From NCBI RefSeq assembly GCF_000150275.1, contig NW_002060943.1, positions 1,478,832 to 1,542,831 of the forward strand: a stretch of 64,000 bases of DNA, given 5' to 3'. This DNA is from Trichoplax adhaerens (lineage: Eukaryota; Animalia; Placozoa). The notes beneath the pieces were generated by a model. It was not told where the DNA came from and made no database searches. It saw only the letters and a list, made by a program, of their open reading frames with translations. Shown in pieces: positions 1-12,879 of this stretch (positions are counted from its first letter, which is position 1; each line of letters opens with the position of its first letter). The translations under genes and the position numbers were made by a program.

Positions 1-400
1 CTTGAGCAATTACTTACTATATTCTACAAACACACGCGCTTAAATAGGTTTCTACAGTGAATTCCAATATTAACGAGTGAGAATTCATGCTTTACAAGTT
101 ACATTAATTAGTATAATACCATTACTAAATATACATGTCGATATTCTCAGACTTAGATAGCTACAAGCTATCAGGTGTTAAGACGCTTAACCTTCGTTCA
201 TATACAGCTCAATTTTTAGAGATTAACACACCTTATAAACCTACAGTAAATTAACTGCTAACAACTTCTATTTTTATCTCATTTCTACCATCCTATTATC
301 AGCTACAAGCGCATTAAAACATAGCACATAACCTTATCTTATCTATTCATAAGCATTCATTAATTTACAGTTACTTAATTAGTAACGGCGTACCGTGACA
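1..400 (-). mobile_element. LTR-family copy, truncated by the window edge (near-identical to 932-1331)
   Basis: 1-400 aligns to 932-1331 at offset 931 with about 7 substitutions counted by eye. It ends at the same ...TACCGTGACA terminus but has a different flank. Confidence 0.75.
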
Positions 401-577
401 ATAATATACGGACAGGAACTGCTAATTTCATTAATTTTAAGATTATTATATTACACTTTATAGAAATGCTACCTTACATAAATACACTTCAATAAATATT
501 ACAGCAAACTGTAATATTTACATCAATTACTTATATCATTGCACTCAGTCTTTTGTTTAATTATAGCTAGAAAGATA

Positions 578-627
578 NNNNNNNNNNNNNNNNNNNNNNN
601 NNNNNNNNNNNNNNNNNNNNNNNNNNN
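578..627. other. assembly gap (50 N)
   Basis: run of N. Confidence 1.
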
Positions 628-743
628 ATCATACTCAACATTACTAATAGTCTACAATCACAATACTAAGTTAATTTACAGATATTAAAGAAATATTCTT
701 TGAAAATGCATAACTAATTAACAGATAATTTTGACTTTACTAG

Positions 744-1331
744 TGTCATAACCCTCACTTGTGGCAAAGGAAAGTAAAGAACTCTAGTGTAGTTACTTAA
801 AACTTCGGCTATTTCTCCCAGTACTTTCAGTTTCTATGAGAGAAGTATTTGAAAACTCGATTTCTCGGCTAATCTCCACAGACAACTGACTAATTATTAC
901 ACTATTCTTCACGATATGAGTCTTGCCGTTTCTTGAGCAATTACTTTTTTTATTCTACAAACACACGCGCTTAAATAGGTTTCTACAGTGAATTCCAATA
1001 TTAACGAGTGAGAATTCATGCTTTACAAGTTACATTAATTAGTATAATACCATTACTAAATATACATGTCGATATTCTCAGATTTAGATAGCTACAAGCT
1101 ATCAGGTGTTAAGACGCTTAACCTTCGTCCATATACAGCTCAATTTTTAGAGATTAACATACCTTATAAATCTACAGTAAATTAACTGTTAACAACTTCT
1201 ATTTTTATCTCATTTCTACCATCCTATTATCAGCTACAAGCGCATTAAAACATAGCACATAACCTTATCTTATCTATTCATAAGCATTCATTAATTTACA
1301 GTTACTTAATTAGTAACGGCGTACCGTGACA
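744..1331 (-). mobile_element. 588-bp solo LTR-like element with 5-bp target-site duplication
   Basis: Termini TGTCA...TGACA, flanked by ACTAG at 739-743 and 1332-1336. The same locus without the insert (single ACTAG at 1723-1727) occurs at ~1616-1821. On the minus strand a TATA-like TATTTAAG is followed ~20 nt later by AATAAA, as in LTR U3/R. Confidence 0.85.
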
Positions 1332-1430
1332 ACTAGTTTTAATATGATTCCATACTGTAGCCAATTCGACTTTAAATAAATATAATTTCAGTTACAGCAT
1401 ATTATATGAACTAATGATCATAGATATGAA

Positions 1431-1480
1431 NNNNNNNNNNNNNNNNNNNNNNNNNNNNNNNNNNNNNNNNNNNNNNNNNN
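1431..1480. other. assembly gap (50 N)
   Basis: run of N. Confidence 1.
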
Positions 1481-1615
1481 CTCTAACCTTATTAGTAGCT
1501 CAACGTCGAACTGTATATAGTCATAAGTGCTCTAGCATAGAGTCCATCCTTATAGTCTAGAATTATGGGCTACTAAATATATCATAAGATAAATATAGAG
1601 AAAAAAGCACCGTAC

Positions 1616-1821
1616 ATCATACTCAACATGACTAATAGTCTACAATCACAATACTAAGTTAATTTACAGATATTAAATATTCTTTGAAAATGCATAACTA
1701 GTTAACAGATAATTTTGACTTTACTAGTTTTAATATGATTCCATACTGTAGCCAATTCGACTTTAAATAAATATAATTTCAGTTGCAGCATATTATATGA
1801 ACTAATGATCATAGATATGAA
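1616..1821. repeat. empty-site copy of the flanks of the 744-1331 insertion (matches 628-743 plus 1337-1430)
   Basis: Direct sequence match to both flanks, joined through one ACTAG. Confidence 0.9.
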
Positions 1822-1844
1822 AATTGAAACAGTAATGTATTCGA

Positions 1845-2474
1845 TGTCATTAGTAAAAATACTAGTTAAAAGTATCTAGGAATAGCATGATTCAAAGTTC
1901 TATATAGGGCTTTTCATTGAGTAATTCATAAATGTTTCCTTGCAAAACTGTACGCAAATTAATGCTATTAAGCATACATTTCCAATGCTATATAATGAAG
2001 CCTGCCACGACATAGACTTAACAGGCATACTCATTTACGAACGCCTAATTCATTTATGCCGTCAGATATTGCTTATCAATGCTATAAAATAAAGCCTGTT
2101 ATTATACTCTTAACAGGCTATGTTAATTTACTAGCATCTGATTCATATTTAATAATAAATACAAATCATTGCTATAGCTACCGAGACTCAGAATCTATAC
2201 TTAGCTATTCAGTAATTGCACAGACTAATCTATATAACTAGTAGAATATTAATTTACAACACTAAATAGTCGATCTAACTATAGAAATATCTTCAACAGG
2301 ATATAGTTGTGAAACAGATAAAAATTAATTAATTGATAAATAATGGTGTCAGCAGAGGATCTAAGTTCTCAGATATCACTTGCATAGAGACTGAAACTTC
2401 TGCAAAAGTACGCTAATTAATATAGCATCGCTGGAGCTCTTTACGGATTTACGCTATAAGTGAGGATTGTAATA
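1845..2474 (+). mobile_element. old diverged copy of the same LTR family
   Basis: Patchy colinear similarity to the reverse complement of 744-1331, e.g. CATAGAGACTGAAA vs CATAGAAACTGAAA, CTGGAGCTCTTTAC vs CTAGAGTTCTTTAC, ATAAGTGAGGATTGTAATA vs ACAAGTGAGGGTTATGACA. Starts TGTCA; left boundary approximate. Confidence 0.6.
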
Positions 2475-5400
2475 AATAGAAATAGATTTAATTTTATTTC
2501 TAGTACAGATTTAAGAAATGCTACAATCTGCAATCACTACTAAATGAATACTGTTGGTACTAATATAAAAGTTACTGTTTATGTGATCAAATAGTCATGA
2601 TTAAACCCAACCAATATCGTAAGAGGGCATCTACAAATATCACGGCAAGCAAAACTACATCATACTAGATGGCTTCCATTACTAAATATGATCAAGGAAA
2701 CCGGTCTGTCAGGAATCTTAATAGAGATGCGATGTGATTCATATATAATTCGGTCATGAAAAGCTGAGCTAATTCATGAAGGTTTTACGACTATTTTCTT
2801 TTTGATTTGAGTAGCAGTCTCTGTCCAATTATACAGCACTCGTACTTTTCTACGTATAATAGATATAGAAAAGAACGATAATATTTTATTGTACCGAGAA
2901 CATAGCAATAATTATGTTTCAGTCCTTTAGATCAGCTGTACGTATAAATGGAGAGGCAGTAGTTAATTAGACAATGCTCGGTAATCCTCTTCGTAATTTC
3001 TACTTCCGTTGATATATTCGCTTATTAACTGGATAGAATTTGCTATCACGTACATCACATTTCTATTAAAAGTTACCGTTAATTTGAATGAATGATGTTT
3101 TTTATTATACGTGGTGCCTTAAACCCTTAGTTATTGAATACGGCAACTACCTTAGCACTAAGTTGATTAGTTTTATTATGTTGCCAGTAAATAATTCTTT
3201 TTAAAACGTAAACAAATTATTCAAGATCTCTGATTTATTAAGCATTCGATTTTATTAATTTACTTCACAATGTAAAATGATATATACTGCCCTTTTTATA
3301 CGCTTCTGTAAGCAATAATTTTGATTGATTTAAGAAGTTTTTGTTTAATCTAAATCTTGTGCATATTCTACCCAGATTTTGGACACGTACAGCTTACGTT
3401 CGTCATACTTGAATTTAAGATTTATCTTTATTTTCTTTCTGCTAGATGTAGAGATATAATATTGAAGCGTAACTTTTCGAAGCGAAGATTATTGCAGACA
3501 ATGGGAAGGTTTGCTTATGAGCATTTGATATTGATCATAGCGATTCTCTGAATAATTATTCCAGTACTAGATGAACATTACTGTGCTATCAGAGTGGAAA
3601 ACATAAGAATCTTTCGTTTCCGTCATCTCTAGTATCGATCTTATACTGTAATTTCCGGAAAAAAATATCTGAATATAATGTGTTAACAATCTATAATTGC
3701 AATACTAATAGATGACTGGTACTAACATTTCCTTTTAACTAAATATTTGATAGAAAATAACGAATGGATAAATCTTGCCAATTTACATTGGTACAAGTTT
3801 TGTACTCAAAGAAAAATGAATCATCGCCAAGTATTACTAGTAAATATCTACTCATTTCCCTTAAATGCTAGCCATCTTAACTTAAGAAATATTTTACGTT
3901 GTAGTGTCAGCTTTACGTCTCGATTTTAATCTGGCAGTCAGATTGGTTGACAACTGCTAATCTAATGTACGAATCTCGAATCGATTTCTCCATGAAGTCG
4001 AAATACTTTAATACTGCTTATTACATCAAACGGAAACAACATGCTAACCAAATACACGTATTTATTTGTTTTTTGTCACAGCTTTGCAAAACTCGTACAG
4101 AAAAAACGTAAGATAAATCTTATAACGTCAATGTCAGTATAAATCAAGGCCGGTAAATTTTTAATCTATAATATATATCCTACTTCGCTAATTTGTAGCA
4201 CTATTGATAGCAATATACGGATGATGTTGCTAGTTACGAAATAAAGCAGTAAAGCTAACTTGTATTTGTGTTTATTTGCTATTGAAAACAGTTTTCTTTA
4301 CATAGTATCATGCAACCTTTTGTAGAAATGCAGCTGATAAACTATTCAAACCTTTTTAAAACAGTCTTTTTCACACGTAATCTAGCTAAACACCTACGCG
4401 AGGATGTTTAAATAAATAAAAATGGAAATGAAATGTGTTGCAGTAGCGGCTGTTTTATAACTAGATATTAATATACTGTATTCCAGTTCGACATTGAAAA
4501 CGAGAAATGCCAAATTATATCCTATAGGTGTCGACTGGATTGGGCATCAAACAATGAGATTAATCTATAAATTAGATAGAATCAATATATATCGCAGTAA
4601 AGGTAATATATCCAGGACTACAGCTTTCAGAAATCACTTAATGACAGTAACATCTGTTTTGGCTTAAGCTCTCAATAATAATGAACAAATTTATAACTTT
4701 TTCGATTTAAAAACAAATTATGCAACATTTCTTTTTGTTTATACTAGTTTCTATAACTGCCTTAATTTGAAAGCAATCTTACGGATATATTACAGGCTAG
4801 AAAAGATACCGATTATTTTGATTTATTAAATGAAAAACAATTAATCTAGATAATTTCATTTTATCATTGGTTATACGAAATTCTTGCTTATTATATAGCT
4901 TTAATACAGCATTAAAATAATTCTGTACGTTATTTATAAATAATTTGTTTATTACTCAGCTGATTAAGATTGAAATAAAATATAATAAATTTAATTGCAT
5001 TCATCTTAGAAATAATCTAGATCAACTGATAGAACTGAATTAAATTGAGAATTAAGATAAATTTAAGTCAAATTAGCTAGTACAATTGCTAAAGCTATAC
5101 TAGAGTTGAACAAGCATTTAATTGTTACTGAACCTTTGGATCAAAATAAAATATGAAATGTAAATTCAATCGTTGATGACTACGTAAGTACTTTATTGGT
5201 GCCCCGACTACAATCCGTTCTTGGCTTTTATCAGTATTTTTACACATTATGTAATAGCATCTGTCAGTACCACATATCTCCTTCAAGGTTTTACTATTCT
5301 TGGAGAATATTGTATAAATTAATTATTTATAAATTTCCTTATATAATGCATCGAAAGATTTCTGTCAAAATTTTTAACTTTTTGAGATAACTAGAACTTC

Positions 5401-8400
5401 TAAAATATGGATATTACTTTATTTTCTTAATAATCTCTTAAACCATTAAGCTTTTATTATAGCACGGTAGCAACTAGCCGATCCTGTAGTGCATAGCTCG
5501 TATAATTCTCCTTATTTTAGGTTATTATTGGCTGTAAAGCTATCAATCTTGTGCACGGCTCTTTTGATCACAGCCCGCAGAAAAGTATTTTCAAAACGAA
5601 GAGCCAGATCTAAATTCTGTCACTTTCCTTTGACAGCTTTGGATACGAGATTATTACCTCAATATAATCATTTTTTGTGTCTCTTTGGTATAACTATACA
5701 CATAACAAATATTAATTGTGTCAACTGTAATAATTGGACTTATTCCATGATACTGATCTGATAACTATCTAATGCTATTAAATTACTACGACAGTACAAC
5801 ATGAGATTATGATCTGAAAATAAAAACGCAGTCATTCGAAATTTAGTTACGATCTACCTTTAATATACGAAACTAATTACTTAAATTGTTTTTCTACTTT
5901 ATTTTGGTTCTGGTAGTTACCTTGAAGACTGTAACTTTCCAACCATATCTTTTAATAGAATAAGCGCGCTAAAATTTATTTAATTTAGGACTACTTAACT
6001 TGCTAATTGTAGTATAGTACTTTCATTTATTCACACTATATCATTGATATTTAGGAGTATCGATACTTTGTTAAAACGTATTAGCATACATTTAAATTGA
6101 TCCTATACGGTACGGCTATGCTATACTTCTCTTTTTTATACTTTTACTGTTAGTTGCTTAATATTGTACAATCTTGTTTTAATAGCTAAGATAAAATCCT
6201 ATATTTTCTTTTTGTGGATGAATCAATACATTGCATGTGCTTGCTATATTCAAAATTATTGTAATATCTATTCAAAGATATTCAAGATGGATCCATACGA
6301 TTCATTATTTAAATTTTTTAACGTGTTTATGCTCTAACTTGATTTCTTTCAACTAATACAGTAATGTGTTATATTATATAATGATTTAGCTGTTTCCGTT
6401 ACAATTGGTCATTTTACCCCTTAATCAACTTTAGTAATTCGGGTTATGATACTTCTATCGATATCGACATAATACGCATTGTCTATTTTGTTAACATGAT
6501 AGTTAATGACAAACAAACTTGAAGATAATATAAAAGTTAACCTATTACTTTCAACATCCGCTTGATTAATTTCTTATAATACTACCATTACATCAAACTT
6601 TGATAGTCCTCTATATATCAGTAATATAGAGCTTAATTAAAGTAAAGTAAACAAAATAAGATTCTATCATTTGAACCGATGGGCTATATTTAGTAACTTA
6701 AGACGCAAATCAAAATTACGTTTTCCGGGCAGTAATCTACTACAATAATCTCAAATTGATGTGTAATGCATATTTATGTGCCATATAGCAAGCAGTGACT
6801 GTTATATCAGCTTTAGGATGCTCTACCTCGGACCGGCACAAAGAATTTCAAGTACAGAAATATATCTAGTTGAACCTCAGCAAATCAAGATTTCTCTAGT
6901 AATTGATAGATTCTGCTAATTATCGTTTTGAGTTTCGTTCGGGTTTTTACGAAAATATAGTATTTAAGAAGATTGTAGATTCAATATAGTGAAGTAGAAT
7001 TGAATAGAATCATTTTTGGAGTTACAGTAGCATTTATTATAGTTATTATTGTAGTAGAAGTAAGGATTAAGATCAGATTTTTCGGACTTATCGGCAGTCC
7101 ATCATTATTTACCATAAATTATATAAACATTGTCGGTTCACAAAATGGATGTATTAATTTCGGTGGTTACCGATATCGTTGTAAACTCAATTTTTTGAAT
7201 ATCTAAAAAATAGTTCATTCATTGAGTTAATAACATTATCCTTTAAATTAATATTATAATTTTTCAAGCTTTGCATAGAATAGTCTTTCCTTGTTAAGAT
7301 CAATTTTAAAATAAAGAAACAAATACAGTCCAAAAATTTATACTAAAGATTGTTGCTACTGTCTGCTTTGTATATTCCTGCAGTCAATATAAGAATTTCA
7401 AATGCAGCGGCTCCCCGGCAACCGTCTAACTTGAAATAAATCTTTCCCGCCCCCACTTAGTTACACAACTTAATTTTAGTATACTGGCAATGTCTACTTC
7501 AAGGTATTGAATCAGTAATACATAATATACAAAAATACTTACGTCATTTTATTCATTCCCAAGCAACTTGAAAAATTTACTGTCACGCTGACTATGCGGT
7601 TATGAATAGATCACTGTCAATAACTGTACCATGGCAACAGCAATCTAACATTTATCCAATCTATTTCATCAATGACAGATATTGTAGTAATTCTGTACAC
7701 AAAAATGCTACTGTATATAGGTTAACATACATATAACTAACAATAGGTATATACTAAAGAAACAGCCTGCCACAGTGATGAAACATATAAAGCCATCATT
7801 GAATAGGAAAAGCAATTAGCATCGTTAGTAAAATCTAATCATCAAAATTTAAATTAGATAAAGACACTCACTACAATTGCTTGTGGCTTTTATCTTTCTA
7901 ATCTCATCATAATAGCATCTTTAACATTTTAATAATAAATAAGAGGCGCATTTTCACCCATTGTTTTAATAGGTTATTATACTGTCGTCATATCAATTGT
8001 TATCCTCCAAGAAATCAAATGCAAAAATTAGCCGATTTTCGTACTATGTCTTAAAATGGTTTTATCCGAAAAATACCAACATCAACTACAGAAGTTATTC
8101 AATCTACAATTTATCATGTTGATGGAAATGAAATTTTACATCTCAAAAACACCATGTTATATTTTATATTATACTATCATTCATATCATAGTTTGTAAAT
8201 AATAAGTCTTAGTATGAGGCAATATGGCATACTGTAAGTTATTTTATAGGCTTTATTTCGATGTTATAACATTGTACCGGAAGCTGCAAAGCCTAAACGT
8301 TTATATCTGTATGCCAGTGCTGTCTTAAATATTTGTTATTAGCCTTTATAATTAATTATTTAGTATAGTTGAACTTTACGAGATTTATTAGACTCGGCAA

Positions 8401-11400
8401 TTACCGTAGTATTTCAGACTAAATAATCACTCATCGGCTAAAAGTGACATAATATGTATTATCATTATTCAGCTTCTCGTTTAGCAAAGCGGCCGAATAG
8501 TTTGCTGTATACCTATATGGTATAGTGGGCATAAAGACTAAAGTTAAGTCTATCAGAGTTTCTTCTTCATATTTTATTATTTCTGTATGCTTACAGATAC
8601 AGTATTGCAAATCCAGAGACCTTATGCAGAATATTTCATATATTGCATTAGAAATGAAAGTGTATTTATAAAAGGTACTAGTACTTAAGAGATACTAAAT
8701 GAAATACTAAATGATAAAATATTGATCACATTTTATATACAAAGTATACAATGTAATCGCTGTTGTACTCAGTATACGAAAAAATTGAAGCAGCGATCTT
8801 TTCTATACAATTTTTCACCCTTATTATTTAGAAGGATTGGCATCCTGTGCATTCATATTCTAAACTTTCTAATACTTACGATACGGTTTCATAAATGAAG
8901 TATTGCATCTTATAAATATTGTAAATGAATTATAAAAGAAATTAGGTCCGTTAACTCCTGAAGCGGATATGAATGATAATATTTGTGCTTCGACAGGTAA
9001 GGAATCATAAACGGCCTGGAAAAGGATAACCTAAACATTTGCATGTTCTGACTCATATGCGTTACCACAGTTCGATAAGCTGCAACCCACGCGATAAAAA
9101 CACAATTTATATTCTCTTTTGTGTTTTCTATAATACGAGAACTAAAAATACCAACAGAATTTCTGGATTGTGGTCATAAATTGCTAAAATAAGTAAACCT
9201 TGAACTTTGATATTAATAATTCTATTGTGCTTTTTTATGCTCAAGGCTTTACGTAATAGCTTGTTCACATTTAAAAGATACTTATTTGAGGTAAATACGT
9301 CAAGCTGGTAGTGATATTGCCTTATTATACATTTTTAAGCAAATATCTTATCCATAATGGAATTGAGTAATAGCATGTGCTTTGATTCTTATAACGTATC
9401 TCGTTAATGTTACGTTTGCCTTGCTCAAGCGGGTAAGCATATCAAAAAATTAAGTATTCATTATGATTAACAATTTTTGGTTACTATTACCTCTTAAAGT
9501 TGCTAAGCACGTACTGTCCGTAAAGATGCTTAAGTTTTGAATAACAGAGGATATAATTTTCATTCAATTAATAGTTTTCAAATCTAGGACTGTGTTTATG
9601 TCGTAGTTGAATACACACAATGTATCATGTGGCGTATTATTATACAGTAATTTATCAAGGTTTAAACAGTGAGTGAAAAATTGATAATGAAATATTCCAG
9701 GTGATTCAATTTGGTTATTCGTTATTCAAATAAATTTCTAACGAATATCTAAACTATTTACCTTCTATGGTAGCCTGAGGTTACTATTAAATTTCAAAAT
9801 CTTATTATACTTCACAATCGAGTTTCTAAAGTGCTTACACCTGTAAGCTAACAAGCCGCAATAAAGTATTGAATGATAAGTTTGGTGGGCTTTAACAAAT
9901 AGCATCTTGTATTTGCACCTAAGATTACAAAATGTTTATGAAATAGTATTAATTAAATGGATTCATGATTGACTTTGTGGCATGTTTAACTTAAATTACG
10001 CCTTGAACTAAATTCAACATTTCACTATATTGATGATTGCAAAGTTGCAATTACGCTATTACTATTGCTCTATAACTGCTTCGCTAGCTAGTGACTGCTT
10101 TAATTTAATCAACTACTGCAGTTTGTTCGATCCATCATTCCCGAAATTTTACAGCGTCTTACATATTAAGATATTCTTTGAGGAGAAAAATTTGAGAATC
10201 TTATGTAATGATGATTTATTGCGACAATAACTAGGAAAGTCTCTTTCTTTCACTATACTAAACGGTAGACAGGTGTTGAAATTACGTAACAAAATCTATT
10301 AGAAATAATGTAATAGTAATTAATATGATACAATCAATCGAAAAAATCGCAGGTAGTGTGAAAATCCTATAAATGGTAATAAAAATTTATCATGGTAATT
10401 TTGAATGACGTATCGTTATTTGATTACATTTACCATCCTCTGTCTCATAGTTTGATGTTACCAGATGATGGGTAACGATTATGTAATAAATATTTAAAAT
10501 CTCCATTATGCTTAAAATGTTACCGCATGTAAGCGGTAAATTAAATTTAAAGTAAATCTGCTAACATGTTAATATACTGATGATGAGACATGATAGTTTT
10601 TCATCGAAGGTTTTTACTTCACTTGTTAGTCACACTAACTCCGCTGCTGTAATTGAAAATCATTTCCGATCTGTATTGCAGGTCAAAAACTTTAGGATAT
10701 TATTCCATTGTAGACGTTAATAATACGTTTGAACGGAATAAGGCCGTAGTTGACGAGACATATTTACAGTAATATCATGAGCCTGAAAAATTTGCAAAAT
10801 TTATCGTTAATATCATGACAGCACTCAAGATTTTCATGAATAGGATGTCTTACTGAAAGTTTTAGAAATAATATATGATTTTTGGGTAAAGTAATTGTAT
10901 TACGATATTTTTTATTAATTTTGACATTCCGTACACGCCTTGCGTGTGGTCAATTAGTCTCATGTCATTTTCACAGCTTTCTTCTATAATATTCCTGGAA
11001 TTAATTATGAGACAGTGATTAAATGCTCTTCATATAGTAATTATGTGAGCACCAATTCAATGCAATCCTGAGAACCTTCCAACAATAAAGAATTATACTG
11101 TACTTCATATTACATCTTAACAGAGAAATACTGTCTGTCATTGTAACCATAATTCCCGTTTATGTGATTGTTACTAGAAGTTGCAAACAGTTTCTACTGT
11201 TAAAATTTATTTCAGAGTACCGTATAACTGGAAATCAATATATGTCGGAGCTAAGATTAACTACTATGTAGTCACTTTAGATAACTATAACAAATAATAC
11301 CTTACTTTTTAATTGAACTATCAAGCATAGATATACCTAGCCAGGCGATTACTAATGAGGCATTTAATTTAGAAATAATATAAAGTAGGCTAGACTGGAT

Positions 11401-12480
11401 GACAATTTCTTTTAAACATTCTAATATTTCTCGCTGATATGCGCAATTGCGAAACTGACCGTGTTATATAATCGTATGTAATGAGACAGTTGCTGTATAT
11501 GGTATGTTATTCAATTTTGTCATTGATATCCCGTCTACGTAATCACTAAAGCTTTAAATCATTTAATTGCGTTTATTAAATACAAAACAATAGCCAATTC
11601 AACTAATCTATACCAAGAATAAGGACGCGATTTCAAATTTTTTAGTTCATCTAGAACGGATAATTTACGACTTTTATTAAATTTTAACCTTTTTCCATCC
11701 TCTATCACGTGATAATTACCTATTGGCCCCAATTTTTATTTTACAATATAGCTACCTGATAGGATTACTTTTCCGCTAATAATCATTAAAGCACTTTTAA
11801 TTTTCAGCAAACGAGCATTGCCGCTGTTTGCTTAAATCACTCTGCTGGATCAAAAGGTGAGGTATAAATAGAACGATACAAATGCTAGGATTACTTGAGT
11901 CAACAAATTATTTTTATCAAATCTTTTACTCATCAACTGTTGTAGGCTATAAATAAATAATATGTATATTGCCATGCCTTATGGATATGCAAGCAATTTT
12001 TTATAGCGCCTTAAGATGATCGTGGACTGTTTAAAATAATAATATGGGCAACCCTTGAAACAATAATATCCCTATATAAAAAGATGACCAGCTATTGTTA
12101 ATTGATAGTATCTCTATGGGCTCCTATCTTGAATTACAGGCTAATTCTATTATTCAATGATTAATAATTAATGTATTGATATAAAATCTTTAACAACAGA
12201 GCATAACTACAGCTAAAACATATTATGGTTTGTATCGTATTGTCTAGTAAACAGGATGTCAAATATTAAAGGTAATCAAATATAATATTATACCACCTGG
12301 AAAAAATATGATTATTCATATAGTAGGCTCCAGTTTCATTAATCATAAAAAGAAATCATGTTTATTCATTCTATTCAATTTAGATGGCAAGCAGAAGAAT
12401 GCTTTACAGTGTTTGCAGTGCCTCGAATACTCGGTGCTTATTCTATTGTTGTTTGTCTAATCTCTTTAATTGCTAACATC

Positions 12481-12488
12481 TATAAATA
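12481..12488 (+). promoter_or_regulatory. candidate TATA box of the secreted precursor gene
   Basis: TATAAATA about 110 nt before a strong donor (A|GTAAGC at 12600). An acceptor at ~12848-12850 precedes the ATG at 12880, implying a non-coding first exon. Confidence 0.5.
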
Positions 12489-12879
12489 GTGCTGGCACCC
12501 TTTGCCAAAAAATTTTGAAGTTGCACCTTAGAGAACTCATCGATTGAGTGTACTTGTCCGTAAATCGAATCAAAAATTGTTCAAAGTCCTACTCAGAAAG
12601 TAAGCTTCTTATCATTATTTTATCTTATCGTAGTGATATGTTTGATAATTTATTTATGCTAAGCATTAAAATAAATTAAATGAACAGCAACTACTACTAG
12701 TAAATATCATGTATGATTTGATGTATCTGTCAAATTATCGCCAACTTGATCATATCGGCTATCCAATGGTGCTAACATTTAAATTCTAATTTTATGGCCG
12801 ATTAATGTAGGGATAATTTTATATTTTGACTGCAATCAATTCTATCAGAGGTAGTTATTAAATTAAAAGCGAATTAAAG

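Noticed and set aside
1-1331. Single full-length element with two LTRs enclosing 401-743
   Set aside because: 744-1331 has its own TSD and 628-743 is host flank matching the empty site, so the two copies are separate insertions.
2480-12380. Short 60-90-aa ORFs across the upstream region
   Set aside because: AT-rich random composition, no recognisable domains and no consistent splice framework.
12384-12476. 30-aa Cys-rich ORF MASRRMLYSVCSASNTRCLFYCCLSNLFNC as an insulin-like or toxin peptide
   Set aside because: Cys spacing does not fit an insulin A chain, there is no signal peptide, and it lies upstream of the candidate TATA box; at most a uORF of an alternative 5' exon.
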